Numbered from the stretch's first letter, positions 1 to 9,853 are shown. The stretch: 64,000 nucleotides of DNA from Prevotellaceae bacterium (GCA_021772015.1 JAETNS010000006.1:82098-146097); one strand, 5' to 3'. A program made the numbers and translations. The notes: a model not told the origin generated them from the letters alone.

Positions 1-2829
1 ATAGACAACTGTCATTACGCGATCCCGGAGGAAACAGCCAAGGTAGAGATCGCTCTGATCTCATCTGACGGCGCGACTCGCAACTATGAGGCGGATCTGG
101 TGCGTGGCACCGACAGCTCCGACTTCCATATGTATATCCCTTCCTCCTCCCCGTTGGAAGACGGCCGGTATGTCATGACTCTCCGTATGCCGGGAGGACC
201 CGGCATCGGTGGACGGCTGATGGTCAATTTTGCAGATAACCACTTGACCAAAACAGAAATATCTCTTCCTGACTATCTGCTTGAAGGGGAAGGTACACAA
301 GAAGAGCCTTACCTCATCCCGGATGATGACAGTTTCAACATGTTCACCATCAACCTCGATGAAGACGAAGCTCACGGAGCCGGACTTTACTTCCTCCAGA
401 CAGCGAATGTCAGGCCGTCTGACCAAAGCATATACGCTCCCGGCCGTGGATACTGGGGCGCGCATTTCGCCGGAGATTACGACGGCGGAGGCCATACGAT
501 AGACGGCCTGTATTACAAGGGATCCGGACGCGACGATTCCGACTCCTGCTTCGGACTGTTCCGCGAACTGCGCGGCCACGCCTCTGTCCACAATGTGAAT
601 GTCAGGGGTGTCTCTGTCAGCGGCATCTACAAAGAGGGAGGAGTGATCGCCGGCCGTTCCACCGGAAATCATGTAATAAGCGATATCTCCCTCTCGGGAT
701 ATATGGGAGACGAAGGGGCCGGATCGTATATGGGCGGTCTGATCGGCCATGTCGTGTCAGGCTCGGTGGCGGCTTCGGGGATAGATTTCAACCTGGATGT
801 CGCCGGTACATATTATATCGGCGGAATGTTCGGAGCCATCGACCAAAACGCACACGTCGATGTGTCGGGTGTGAGGACCTCCACCACCCATTTCAGCGTC
901 AGCGGAGATGAATATACCGGAGGAATAATCGGCCTATGCGACGGAGGCTTCACCATTGAGGATATACGTCTCGACCATAAAGTGTCGTCTGAAGATGACG
1001 ATATACGGATCATCACCGCCAGCCGGGAGGCGGTCGGTGGCATCGTCGGTATCATCTCCTCAAAAGCGACATCCGAACTTGCCATACGTGACGTGAGGAT
1101 CACATGTCCCGTCGGAGGGAATGCCAATAGTGTCGGGGGCATCGTGGGTTATGCCGCCCATTCCTCGAAACTTCGGCTTTCCGGCTGTCGCGTTTACTCG
1201 ATAGTGTCCGGGAAAAAATATGTTGGCGGAATATTCGGCTATGCAGATTTCAGCGGATCGGTAAGTGTCGAAGGCACTGACGACGACACCCGGGTAACCG
1301 TAGATGACATGGCCGCCAACATCTCGGGGAATGAATATGTCGGCGGTTTCGCCGGCCATTGGCTGGGGAAATATGAGCCATCCGCCCGCGTTCATGTCAA
1401 TCTGCCGGTCAATGCTTCCAAGCTAAATTGCGGCGGCGCGTTCGGTCATGTGAGCCGCACCGATTTCCGTCTTGCTGATTTCAAGATCGGGGAAAGCTCC
1501 GACTCTGACAAGGAAGACCCGGTGATGCGAGTCAATGGAAAGCAGAACACCGGCGGTTTCGCAGGATACATGGAATATGGCAGCCTCAAAGGGCCCGACA
1601 GCTTCAATTACGCTGAAAACGGTCATGGCATACAGGTCCCTGACGTGAACCGTTTCCATCCGGGCTACAGCTCGGTAGTGCAAGGCACGGAAAGTGTCGG
1701 AGGACTCGTCGGGTCAGCTGTAGGGTGTCCCTTCACCGGTGTGTCATGCAATGCCACTATCCTCGGAGAAAAGAACACAGGGGGAATCGCAGGATATTTC
1801 GAGGAGAAAGAGGATTACAGCCATCTGGAGGACTGCGCTTTCTTCGGGACAGTCAAAGCAGGCAAAAGCGACAACACCGGCGGTATCGTAGGTTTCTTCA
1901 TGTCGCAATGTGGGGGCAGACTCCAGGACTGTGTGAACTATGCGGAGATTCTTGGCAAGAACTGCACGGGCGGTATCGTCGGACTGGCCAAAAAAGACCG
2001 TCCCAACCAGGACAACGGCCATTCAAGGACACTTAACTTCAGCTGGTGTGTGAATGTCGGTAAGATCACCGGCGGGAAGAACATCGGGGGCATTGTCGGT
2101 TTCGCCAACAGCCTTAAAGCTGACGAGGGCTACAAGGACAATGATGAGCAGGATATCAGCATCTACGACTGCATGAACCGGGGAGATGTCACCGCCACCG
2201 GCGATGACGGAGGCGGCGGTGCCGGAGGTATCGTTGGTTTCACCGAGCAGAGGATCGGGATAGGCCGTTGCGCCAACCACCACCATGTCCATTCAACCGC
2301 CCAGCTCCAAGGCGTGGGCGGGATCGGCGGACGCGTGGGCCGCGACGCGTCAGGCTTCGGAATGTTCAACTTCTGGCTAAACATGCGTATCGACGAATGC
2401 GTAAACCGTGGAGAGGTATCATCAGACAATTCCAACACACGTGTAGGAGGGATTGTCGGCTATCAGGAGGAGGGAGATCACAGCTACATCTTTAACAACC
2501 TCAACGCCGGGCCCGTGACATCCGACCAACACCACGACAACGGAGGTATTGTCGGATATGTAGACCACAACGGCTACTGCCAGTACAATGTCAATTCCGG
2601 AAAAGTCAGTCATGGCAACGCGATCGTGGGGGACCATAAAGGAGCTTTCACATACGGCATCAATTATTTCCTGGACGGCAGCGGCAAAAAATGGCCCGAG
2701 AATTCCCATTGTCTGAAATCAAGCGACTTCAAGAAGCAGTCAAGCTTTCAGCAACTCGACTTCGACCGTTATTGGACGATGGGATCCAACGGTCCAGAAC
2801 CGAAAAACTGCCAGTGGCGCAATCTTTGA
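1..2829 (+). CDS. Large GLUG-motif repeat surface/exported protein, 5' truncated by the window edge
   Basis: Frame 1 is open from base 1 (IDNCHYAIPEE...) into the 909-aa ORF. It has many (V/T)GG(I/L)(V/A)G repeats typical of GLUG-motif proteins and a 'GEGTQEEPYLI...FAGDYDGGGHTIDGL' segment. Confidence 0.8.
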   Translation: MDNCHYAIPEETAKVEIALISSDGATRNYEADLVRGTDSSDFHMYIPSSSPLEDGRYVMTLRMPGGPGIGGRLMVNFADNHLTKTEISLPDYLLEGEGTQEEPYLIPDDDSFNMFTINLDEDEAHGAGLYFLQTANVRPSDQSIYAPGRGYWGAHFAGDYDGGGHTIDGLYYKGSGRDDSDSCFGLFRELRGHASVHNVNVRGVSVSGIYKEGGVIAGRSTGNHVISDISLSGYMGDEGAGSYMGGLIGHVVSGSVAASGIDFNLDVAGTYYIGGMFGAIDQNAHVDVSGVRTSTTHFSVSGDEYTGGIIGLCDGGFTIEDIRLDHKVSSEDDDIRIITASREAVGGIVGIISSKATSELAIRDVRITCPVGGNANSVGGIVGYAAHSSKLRLSGCRVYSIVSGKKYVGGIFGYADFSGSVSVEGTDDDTRVTVDDMAANISGNEYVGGFAGHWLGKYEPSARVHVNLPVNASKLNCGGAFGHVSRTDFRLADFKIGESSDSDKEDPVMRVNGKQNTGGFAGYMEYGSLKGPDSFNYAENGHGIQVPDVNRFHPGYSSVVQGTESVGGLVGSAVGCPFTGVSCNATILGEKNTGGIAGYFEEKEDYSHLEDCAFFGTVKAGKSDNTGGIVGFFMSQCGGRLQDCVNYAEILGKNCTGGIVGLAKKDRPNQDNGHSRTLNFSWCVNVGKITGGKNIGGIVGFANSLKADEGYKDNDEQDISIYDCMNRGDVTATGDDGGGGAGGIVGFTEQRIGIGRCANHHHVHSTAQLQGVGGIGGRVGRDASGFGMFNFWLNMRIDECVNRGEVSSDNSNTRVGGIVGYQEEGDHSYIFNNLNAGPVTSDQHHDNGGIVGYVDHNGYCQYNVNSGKVSHGNAIVGDHKGAFTYGINYFLDGSGKKWPENSHCLKSSDFKKQSSFQQLDFDRYWTMGSNGPEPKNCQWRNL

Positions 2830-2909
2830 AAGTGTCGCAAACCACCCCTTGAGTCACCAATAAACAGGAGACAGCACAACAAAAAAACACCGCCGGCTGT
2901 TATACTTCA

Positions 2910-2947
2910 AAAGTCTGTTCGATTCCCATTGGATTTGAGCAGACTTT
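2910..2947. repeat. Imperfect inverted repeat upstream of the 2969 gene
   Basis: AAAGTCTGTTCGA (2910-2922) pairs with TTGAGCAGACTTT (2935-2947), with two G-T pairs. Confidence 0.6.
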
Positions 2948-2968
2948 ATCTTCTACAACTGATTCACT

Positions 2969-3898
2969 ATGAAGAAAGACCTGATATTTTTTGCTTCCGA
3001 CGGTAAAGGGCTGACATCAACTTCGGCCAACCATATCGCCAACATGGCGAAAGAGATGATACGCACCCTTGAGACAGAACTCCAGGGGATGGTGTTCTAT
3101 TCAACTGAAGTTGCCCTTATCGGTAATGACAACATCAATACCCTCTCTATCGGGAGCGACGACTCAACCGTCAAGGCGACCGCCGACAAACTTTTCAGGA
3201 TCGCCCGGGCCAAATCCCTGATAGCATGGCTACGGGAAGCCATCAAAGCCAAGGAACGTCTTATAAAAGAGACAGAAGCCTTGACAATCCAAGATTTCGC
3301 CAAATCAGCAGGTATAGAGATCCCCGAAGCCCCGAAATATTCCGAACCGCTTACGGAAGATGAATATTACGCGTCCCTTTCGCTCCAGGAACGTAACCGT
3401 TACTATGAACTTGAGACCTTGGCGGCGGTACTGGGCAAAGAGATCCACCCGGGCGGAAGTTTCGCCGATGCCCGCGACAACCTGGCCAGACGTATGGCCA
3501 ATCCACATGATGTCAAAGGTGACGGACGCGACACACTGATCTACTCCTACCGCCCGACGGTAAGCGCGGATGTTGTGGAATCGGTCTACTTTGATCTTCA
3601 GAAGTTATACCGGGAAGCGCAAGCCAAACTTAACGCGATCAAATACGAATGTGAGAAAGCGGTACGTGAAGCCGGTATCAGAGCACAGACCGAATTCACC
3701 AAGGCCACAGAAGCGTGGAACGCCCGGATGGAGGATATCCGCAACCGCCGCGCCGAGTATATCCGCAAAAAGACAAAGGAATACGGCGACATGAAGATAA
3801 CGATCCCTTACTCCCTGGATGGCATATACACCGAAGTTTCCCGATTGGGAAAGGAAGGGGAAGATAATCAACAATCCAAAGAGGATCAACCATCATAG
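2969..3898 (+). CDS. Uncharacterised alpha-helical/coiled-coil protein (309 aa)
   Basis: Long ORF with an A-rich upstream context, rich in E/K/A/R helical segments, with no catalytic motif recognised. Confidence 0.85.
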   Translation: MKKDLIFFASDGKGLTSTSANHIANMAKEMIRTLETELQGMVFYSTEVALIGNDNINTLSIGSDDSTVKATADKLFRIARAKSLIAWLREAIKAKERLIKETEALTIQDFAKSAGIEIPEAPKYSEPLTEDEYYASLSLQERNRYYELETLAAVLGKEIHPGGSFADARDNLARRMANPHDVKGDGRDTLIYSYRPTVSADVVESVYFDLQKLYREAQAKLNAIKYECEKAVREAGIRAQTEFTKATEAWNARMEDIRNRRAEYIRKKTKEYGDMKITIPYSLDGIYTEVSRLGKEGEDNQQSKEDQPS

Positions 3899-4191
3899 GT
3901 ATCGGCAGGAGGCAGCTGCCCGATCAGGGAGCGCAGCCTCCGAAAGGATTGTCCGACAGCCTGATACATAAACACTTCGGGCTTCAAAACCCGAAATATC
4001 AGAATTTTCCGGAAACAATAAACAACAACTGTCCGGGGGAGCTTCGGGGCACCGGAAAACATGGTGCCATCCCTTTTGTTCCTGTGAGGGCTTGATTGCC
4101 GGAGGAAGTTTTTGTTTTTGTGGCTACCCCGGGTTTTCGCTCTTGTTTTCGGTTTAGTCTTCGTCGGCTGTGAAGGCATCCTGTCGATACC
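3898..4191 (+). ncRNA. Candidate structured non-coding RNA domain immediately 3' of the 2969 gene
   Basis: 13-bp closing stem GGTATCGGCAGGA (3898-3910) / TCCTGTCGATACC (4179-4191). Internal hairpins at 3939-3948 (GAAA loop), 3961-4002, 4007-4038, 4048-4068 and 4071-4090. A GU-rich tract lies at 4108-4167. Confidence 0.65.
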
Positions 4192-4193
4192 GG

Positions 4194-4238
4194 CAGGGTT
4201 GACAGTCAGGGTAAATTCCCAGCTGTCAACCCTGTTTT
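4194..4238 (+). terminator. Intrinsic terminator ending the 2969 gene/RNA unit
   Basis: Perfect 12-bp IR CAGGGTTGACAG / CTGTCAACCCTG followed by TTTT. Confidence 0.75.
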
Positions 4239-4310
4239 CATCTTTTGCCCCTTCACTCCATGTTTTTGTTTAAATTTCGATAAATATTTGCAGGAATAAA
4301 AAAAACTGTC

Positions 4311-4318
4311 TAACTTTG
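4311..4318 (+). promoter_or_regulatory. Bacteroidetes -7 promoter element for tRNA-Gln
   Basis: TAACTTTG matches TAnnTTTG, and a TTTG lies at 4287-4290. Confidence 0.6.
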
Positions 4319-4360
4319 CAACGCTTTAGGGTCTTCAAGACGACCTTGGGCGATAAGGAT

Positions 4361-4431
4361 TGTCTTATGGTGTAATGGTAGCACTGCAGTTTTTGGTTCT
4401 GCCTGTCTTGGTTCGAATCCAGGTAAGACAA
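4361..4431 (+). tRNA. tRNA-Gln (TTG)
   Basis: Acceptor stem TGTCTTA/TAAGACA, D-arm TGGTGTAATGGTAGCAC, anticodon loop TTTTGGT, T-arm CTTGGTTCGAATCCAGG. CCA is not encoded. Confidence 0.95.
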
Positions 4432-4432
4432 C

Positions 4433-4478
4433 ACAGATAAGCGGGTCAAGCAAACATTAGCTTGACCCGCTTATCTGT
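4433..4478. terminator. Terminator between tRNA-Gln and the convergent lyase gene
   Basis: Perfect 19-bp IR ACAGATAAGCGGGTCAAGC / GCTTGACCCGCTTATCTGT. Confidence 0.8.
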
Positions 4479-4543
4479 TCAGGCGGAGATATCCGGGATC
4501 CATCCACCTATTGGCAATATGTGACCAAAGGCAACATATAGGC

Positions 4544-6937
4544 TTATTGAAGTTTACGGTATTTCCGCAAAAGAGCCTCAAGATAGTAATAGTCTGCATA
4601 CGCCAGAGGGACATCTATCTCTGAATTTGCCGGATGATGCCCTGTGGAATGCCCCAGTATGAACCCATTTGTTTCATGCGGCAGGCGGTAATTTCGAGTC
4701 AAGGCGGCAAGTATTGAATCGGCCACCTGACTGTAATGACCTGATTTTTCAGGCGACACATAGTCGGCAAGCTCATACAGGCCGGAGGCAATGACGGCAG
4801 CCGCGGATGCGTCACGCGGTACATCAGGGTTGTCTGATATCTCTGTGCCGGGGGCTTTCATGTCCCAGTATGGTACAAGGTCATCAGGAAGACCCGGTAA
4901 CGACAGGAACCAGTCGACCACCTCCTCCGCGCGGTCAAGATAACGCTTTTGGCGCGTGAAGCGATAGCACATCGTGAATCCATAAAGTGCCCAAGCTTGT
5001 CCCCTGCTCCAGAATGAATCGTCGGAATAACCCTGGGCCGTGACTTTCATGCGCGGTTCTCCTGTCACAGGGGAATAATCCACGACATGGAAACAGGAAT
5101 GGTCATCGCGAAAATGGTTTCTAAGAGTCACGTCGGCATGGCTGATTGCTATGTCACGAAAAGTCGAGTCACAGGTCACGTTGGTGGCATTGAAGAGCAT
5201 CTCAAGATTCATCATATTGTCTATGATCACGGGATATTTCCATTCTTCCGGGTTATGGTCCCATGAACGGATCGCTCCCACTACAGGATTGAAACGCGTG
5301 GCCAGAGTCGCTGAAGCCTGCAACATCACATCGAGGTAATAATCATTGCCGGTAAGCTCCCATCCTTTCCCGAAACTGTCTCCGATCATGAAACCAAGGT
5401 CATGGGTGCCTCCATGATTTTTCGCCATCTCTATGTCGCGTGAAAAGGTGTCTGCCCGGTCGCGCCACCACGGATCATTGGTGAAATCATACATCATCCA
5501 CAATTCCCCGGGGAAAAATCCCGAAGTCCAATCGTGGGGATGAACCAATACGAGCGAGCCATCCGGGTTTGTTGTCCTCGGATTCACTTTCCCCTCGGAG
5601 TGATTTGCCGGGCGCATCCGTTCATCCATGACAGATTCCACCATATTGCGTAGAGAGGTTGCCGCGTTGACAAACACATCATCAACCATGTCGGGGACAT
5701 AATATGTCAATGTGAACCTCTCGGCAGGATCAAAACGGCGATAACGACGATAAAGCGCGACATAATCACAACGTGCCGGATCGACAGACGATGCCACACG
5801 CCAAAGATCGCGGGCTAAAGCCTGCTGTTTCTCCTCCCATGACGAAATCTGTTTTCCGGGCCACTCTTTCACATCCTTTCCAAGGAAAGATACGAGAAAA
5901 TCAAGCCCACGGTAAAACGACCGGCCTTCCTGATCTGTCTCACTGTCAATTCTTATGCCAAGTTTGTCTGCCATCAGAAAGAGATCTATATAATGTGACA
6001 GATTGTATTGCGAGTAGCCGAAAGACAATGTGCGCCACATCTCATGAGGTTGAGTTCCATCGGGGGCGATCTGGGTGAATATTCGGCGGGAAGGGAATGA
6101 CTCTATTATTCCACGGGCGAGATCCAACCGACCGGTATAGATCGCCAAAGCCACCACCTCCACGTCATAGGCCGTGGAATGGTTGTTGGCCTGCCGCGAT
6201 TCCTCCTGTCCCTGAGGTGAGTCAAGCATCCAGTCAAGCATCGCGCCCATCCATTCCTTCAACCTGCGGTCATCCTCCGCCGACCATGCTCCCGAACCGT
6301 CAAGCAGAGCGACACCGTCAAGCAATCCTACCAGGGAATAACCGTCAAGCACTCCGAATGGCCGTCCCTTCCATCCGTTCACACCCGGCACCATCTGGGC
6401 ATATTCAAAATTAGGGTTCATCTTTGTGTCCGGGTCAAGAAACCAACACCTCAGCTGCTCGGCGGCCTTGGCGGCATAACGCCCGTCATGGCTGAAAAAC
6501 CATGCTAAGGACAAATCCATAACGCGGTCCGACATCAGCCCGAAGTTTTCCCTGTCCCATAATGAGATTTCAGGATTTGTAAGACCGTCACGGTTAACAT
6601 ATGGCAGTCCGTCAGGGGATGCGGGATCGGGATGAAAATATCTCGCAAGGCTGACATAGTCGTGATTGTCGCCACTTGGGGATTGTCTTTTTTTCATCAT
6701 GACCGACAATGGCTGAAGCATCAGAAGCGAATCCGCGTCGGCAATCAACGAAACGTATGCCTCGGCATACATCGGACGATCAAGGTTTTCCCTGACTGAG
6801 TCAAGATGACCACGGCTCAGCACTGCCTGGGCTACACAATGTTGTGTCATCATAAAAGCGGCAATCAGGATACAAAACATTTCACATCGTATGCCACAGT
6901 TGATCAACTTGCGGCCACATATACTATTCTTATGCAT
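4544..6937 (-). CDS. Alginate_lyase-family (PL38-like) polysaccharide lyase fused to a GH88 unsaturated glucuronyl hydrolase
   Basis: N-half has 'HDYVSLARYFHPDP..DGLPYVNRDG' and 'NNHSTAY'. C-half has 'WTSGFFPG', 'THDLGFM', 'IIDNMMNLE' and 'WSRGQAW', typical of GH88. A signal-like N-terminus is present. Confidence 0.8.
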   Translation of the reverse strand: MHKNSICGRKLINCGIRCEMFCILIAAFMMTQHCVAQAVLSRGHLDSVRENLDRPMYAEAYVSLIADADSLLMLQPLSVMMKKRQSPSGDNHDYVSLARYFHPDPASPDGLPYVNRDGLTNPEISLWDRENFGLMSDRVMDLSLAWFFSHDGRYAAKAAEQLRCWFLDPDTKMNPNFEYAQMVPGVNGWKGRPFGVLDGYSLVGLLDGVALLDGSGAWSAEDDRRLKEWMGAMLDWMLDSPQGQEESRQANNHSTAYDVEVVALAIYTGRLDLARGIIESFPSRRIFTQIAPDGTQPHEMWRTLSFGYSQYNLSHYIDLFLMADKLGIRIDSETDQEGRSFYRGLDFLVSFLGKDVKEWPGKQISSWEEKQQALARDLWRVASSVDPARCDYVALYRRYRRFDPAERFTLTYYVPDMVDDVFVNAATSLRNMVESVMDERMRPANHSEGKVNPRTTNPDGSLVLVHPHDWTSGFFPGELWMMYDFTNDPWWRDRADTFSRDIEMAKNHGGTHDLGFMIGDSFGKGWELTGNDYYLDVMLQASATLATRFNPVVGAIRSWDHNPEEWKYPVIIDNMMNLEMLFNATNVTCDSTFRDIAISHADVTLRNHFRDDHSCFHVVDYSPVTGEPRMKVTAQGYSDDSFWSRGQAWALYGFTMCYRFTRQKRYLDRAEEVVDWFLSLPGLPDDLVPYWDMKAPGTEISDNPDVPRDASAAAVIASGLYELADYVSPEKSGHYSQVADSILAALTRNYRLPHETNGFILGHSTGHHPANSEIDVPLAYADYYYLEALLRKYRKLQ

Positions 6938-6981
6938 GACTGTAATTATCTTTCTGTTCTATTTGTTTTGAGACAACAGTG

Positions 6982-9621
6982 TCAGTTTCCAATCTTCCTG
7001 ACCTTTATCGCAGACAGCGACGTAACGCAACCTTTCACGGGCAAGAATGAGATTTTCAATCCGCAACTACCCTCTACCTTGGCGAGGTGACGCAATCTGA
7101 CCATACTCATCAAGCCCGACCGTAAGGCCGGGGCAAACCCCTCCTCCACCTTTACTCCATTGATCATCATATCCATCCCCACAGCAGGCTCTCCACCGCT
7201 GTTTCCATCAACATGCCCGAGAAGATAGGCTGACGAGGAGGAGGGCGCAGCATTATCGGCAAACAGCATTTCCACCTCATAGTCGCCATCAACGACATCA
7301 AAACGGTATTCGTCAATACCCGTCAGACGACTCTGCAACAAGGGAGTGTCGGTTGTCAATCCGATAATTTCCTGTGTCGTACCTGGGTCTCCCCCGCCAT
7401 GGCCATAAAGGGAACCCTCGGAATACTGCTTGTCAGGCAACCATACAAGTCCGTCATATCCCGACGAAAAATAACATTTTGAACCGACATTCACGGCCAG
7501 TTCCTCCGTAGACAGGTCAATTCGCCCCTTTCTGACCGGGATCACAGACAACGAGACCGTAAATGTATCCAGCGGTCTGACGGTATCTTCCGGGGCGAAA
7601 ATTTCAAGGGTGTTGTCACCGTCACGCAGCACGACATCAAACATCGCGAAGTAATTAGACACCTGACTCAACCGGAGGTCTCCCCCATTTACCCGCATCG
7701 CAATCTCCGGCAAATTGGTGTAAGCCTTGATCTGACGCGTCACACATCCGAGAGAATCTGACAGTTCGGTCCGAGCCGGCCAGTCACGGGCGGCGATATG
7801 AGCGACCGTATCACAATCGGGATTACTCCATGCCGCTTTGAAATAATAATATACATCCTTTTTCCGACGGTCATTCGTGACCAGACCTTTGTTGTTTATC
7901 CCCGGCATCGACTCCTTGCGGTTAGCGGAAGAAAAGTCTATGAAATTCCAATGCGAAGCTCCTGCTACGTAATCGGTCAGTTCAATGACCGGAATATAAT
8001 GTTCGAGGAATTTCTGCTGATATTCGACGCTGAAATCAAAAGGCTCGGGATCAAGGGAGTGAAGGCGCAGATCCGACCCCGCGCCATACTCGCTGACAAT
8101 TATAGGTGCGGAAGGATGAGCAGCATGCTGTCTGGCGAGGAACTCCTCGAAACCCTCAAGCTCTCCGCCATACCACCCATGATACAGATTCCATCCTTTG
8201 ACACGCGTTATATCCCCCAGGCCGCATTGATCATATATGTCGTTGCCATGGAATGCCATCGCAGACATCCGGGTGGTATCTTCCGATTTCAGAATTTCCT
8301 CCAGTCTGCGCGCCAGACGCAATGTCCGGTCAATTGTCTCCGATCTTTCATTCTGCGGAAGTTTCAACAAAATCTCATTCATATACCCCCACATCGCTAT
8401 GGAGGGATGATTACGATGCCATCTTATCATATCCTTCAGCATCGTCGCCGCGTTTTCGGCATAGATGTCTGACAGAGGCACATAATCAATCACGGGAATC
8501 TCCTCCCATGCGATCAGTCCCAGACGGTCGCACATCTCCAATACCGCATCATCCTGAGGGTAATGACTGATCCTTATGAAATTCGCCCCCAGCTCCTTTA
8601 TCAACCGCATGTCTTGTCTGTGTTGCGTGTCAGACATGGCTATCCCCATCGGATAGCGGTCTTGATGACGACACATTCCACGCAATTTATATGGCTTCCC
8701 ATTAAGAAGAAACCGTCCACGGTCATCAAACCCGAAGGTTCTAAATCCCACGTACTCCTTACCACAGTCTTTAATCCCTTTCCCCTCGGCAATAATTACC
8801 TCAACGCCTTATGACACAGGAGTTTCGGGAGTCCATTCCTCCATACCCGCCAAGCCACCGATCTCCATACTGAATCGATCATTACCCGACGGCGCCATAC
8901 CCAAAAACTCTTCTTCAGCGGCGACGGTCTTCCCATCAGGGCCGTAAAGTATGACTCGTAACGAACCGCTGAATGGTTTTGAAGATTCATTCACGACACG
9001 TCCCGACACATTCAGCCGCCATTTCCCGTCATGATCTTTGAATGTCTCGACCCGGAAGCCTGATGCCGGACCCTCATTAAGATCAAGATGGACCGGGTCC
9101 AGGGCGATCAGCCATACATCCCGGTAAAGGCCACCCATGAATGTGAAATCTCCCGATAGCGGGGGGATTCCCATTGACGAGTTGTCAACTTCTATCTCAA
9201 TATCGGCAGTTTTCCCCGGCACTACAAGATCGGTGATATCAACCACCTGAGGCGAATAGCCCCCGACATGCCGTCCCACTTCCTTACCATCAAGTGACAC
9301 CACCGATGAATTGGCGGCACCGTCAATTTTCATCAGGATCTTCTTGCCTGCAAAACGAGCAGGAATCTCCATTTTCTTTGAATACTTTCCCACACCGCGA
9401 CGATAGTCAGCCGTATCATACGCATCGATATTCCAACAATGAGGAAGATGCACATCTATCTCACAGGAATCCTCTGCGAACGAAAAACGCCAGCCGTCGT
9501 TTATGGTTGTCAGCTCCCGCATAGCCGAGCCGACACAAAAGATATGGGAGACACAGGCCAGCAGCAAGAGGCAATATCGGTGGATATCGGAATGCAGGAA
9601 ATGAAATTTTTCTCGATTCAT
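6982..9621 (-). pseudogene. GH2 beta-galactosidase-like protein with a C-terminal malectin-like domain, interrupted by one in-frame TAA at 8809-8811
   Basis: The 270-aa ORF (GH2 N-terminal domains) and the 589-aa ORF (TIM barrel 'RISHYPQ', 'WGYMNE', 'VSEYGA') are in the same frame and read TPETPVS*GVEVIIAEG...VGFRTFGF across the stop. Confidence 0.8.
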
Positions 9622-9853
9622 GGTAAAAGAAAGGTCTGTATGACTACAAAATTACTTTCTTCCCCGATTCCTCACAATAAGAGGTAAACCGTTTCGGTAA
9701 ACACCGAAACGAACATCACATTGATTATAAGCCAATTACAATTTTAAATAAATGAATATCGGTAAATCACTCACAGATACGGTTCCATCGACTGAAATTG
9801 CATCTCAACCATATTTGGAGTATCTTTGTAACCACTTAACAAAATGAAATCGA

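Noticed and set aside
3886-4179. 97-aa minus-strand ORF (MPSQPTKTKPK...) over the candidate RNA
   Set aside because: It has no recognisable domain, lies antisense to a terminator-bounded structured region, and its K/T-rich start is explained by the GU-rich tract. It is kept only as a caveat in the findings.
4386-4402. T-T mismatch in the tRNA-Gln anticodon stem as a sign of a pseudo-tRNA
   Set aside because: All other arms are canonical, and a promoter and terminator are present. A single mismatch is tolerated.
7798-8472. 224-aa plus-strand ORF
   Set aside because: Antisense shadow of the GH2 gene.
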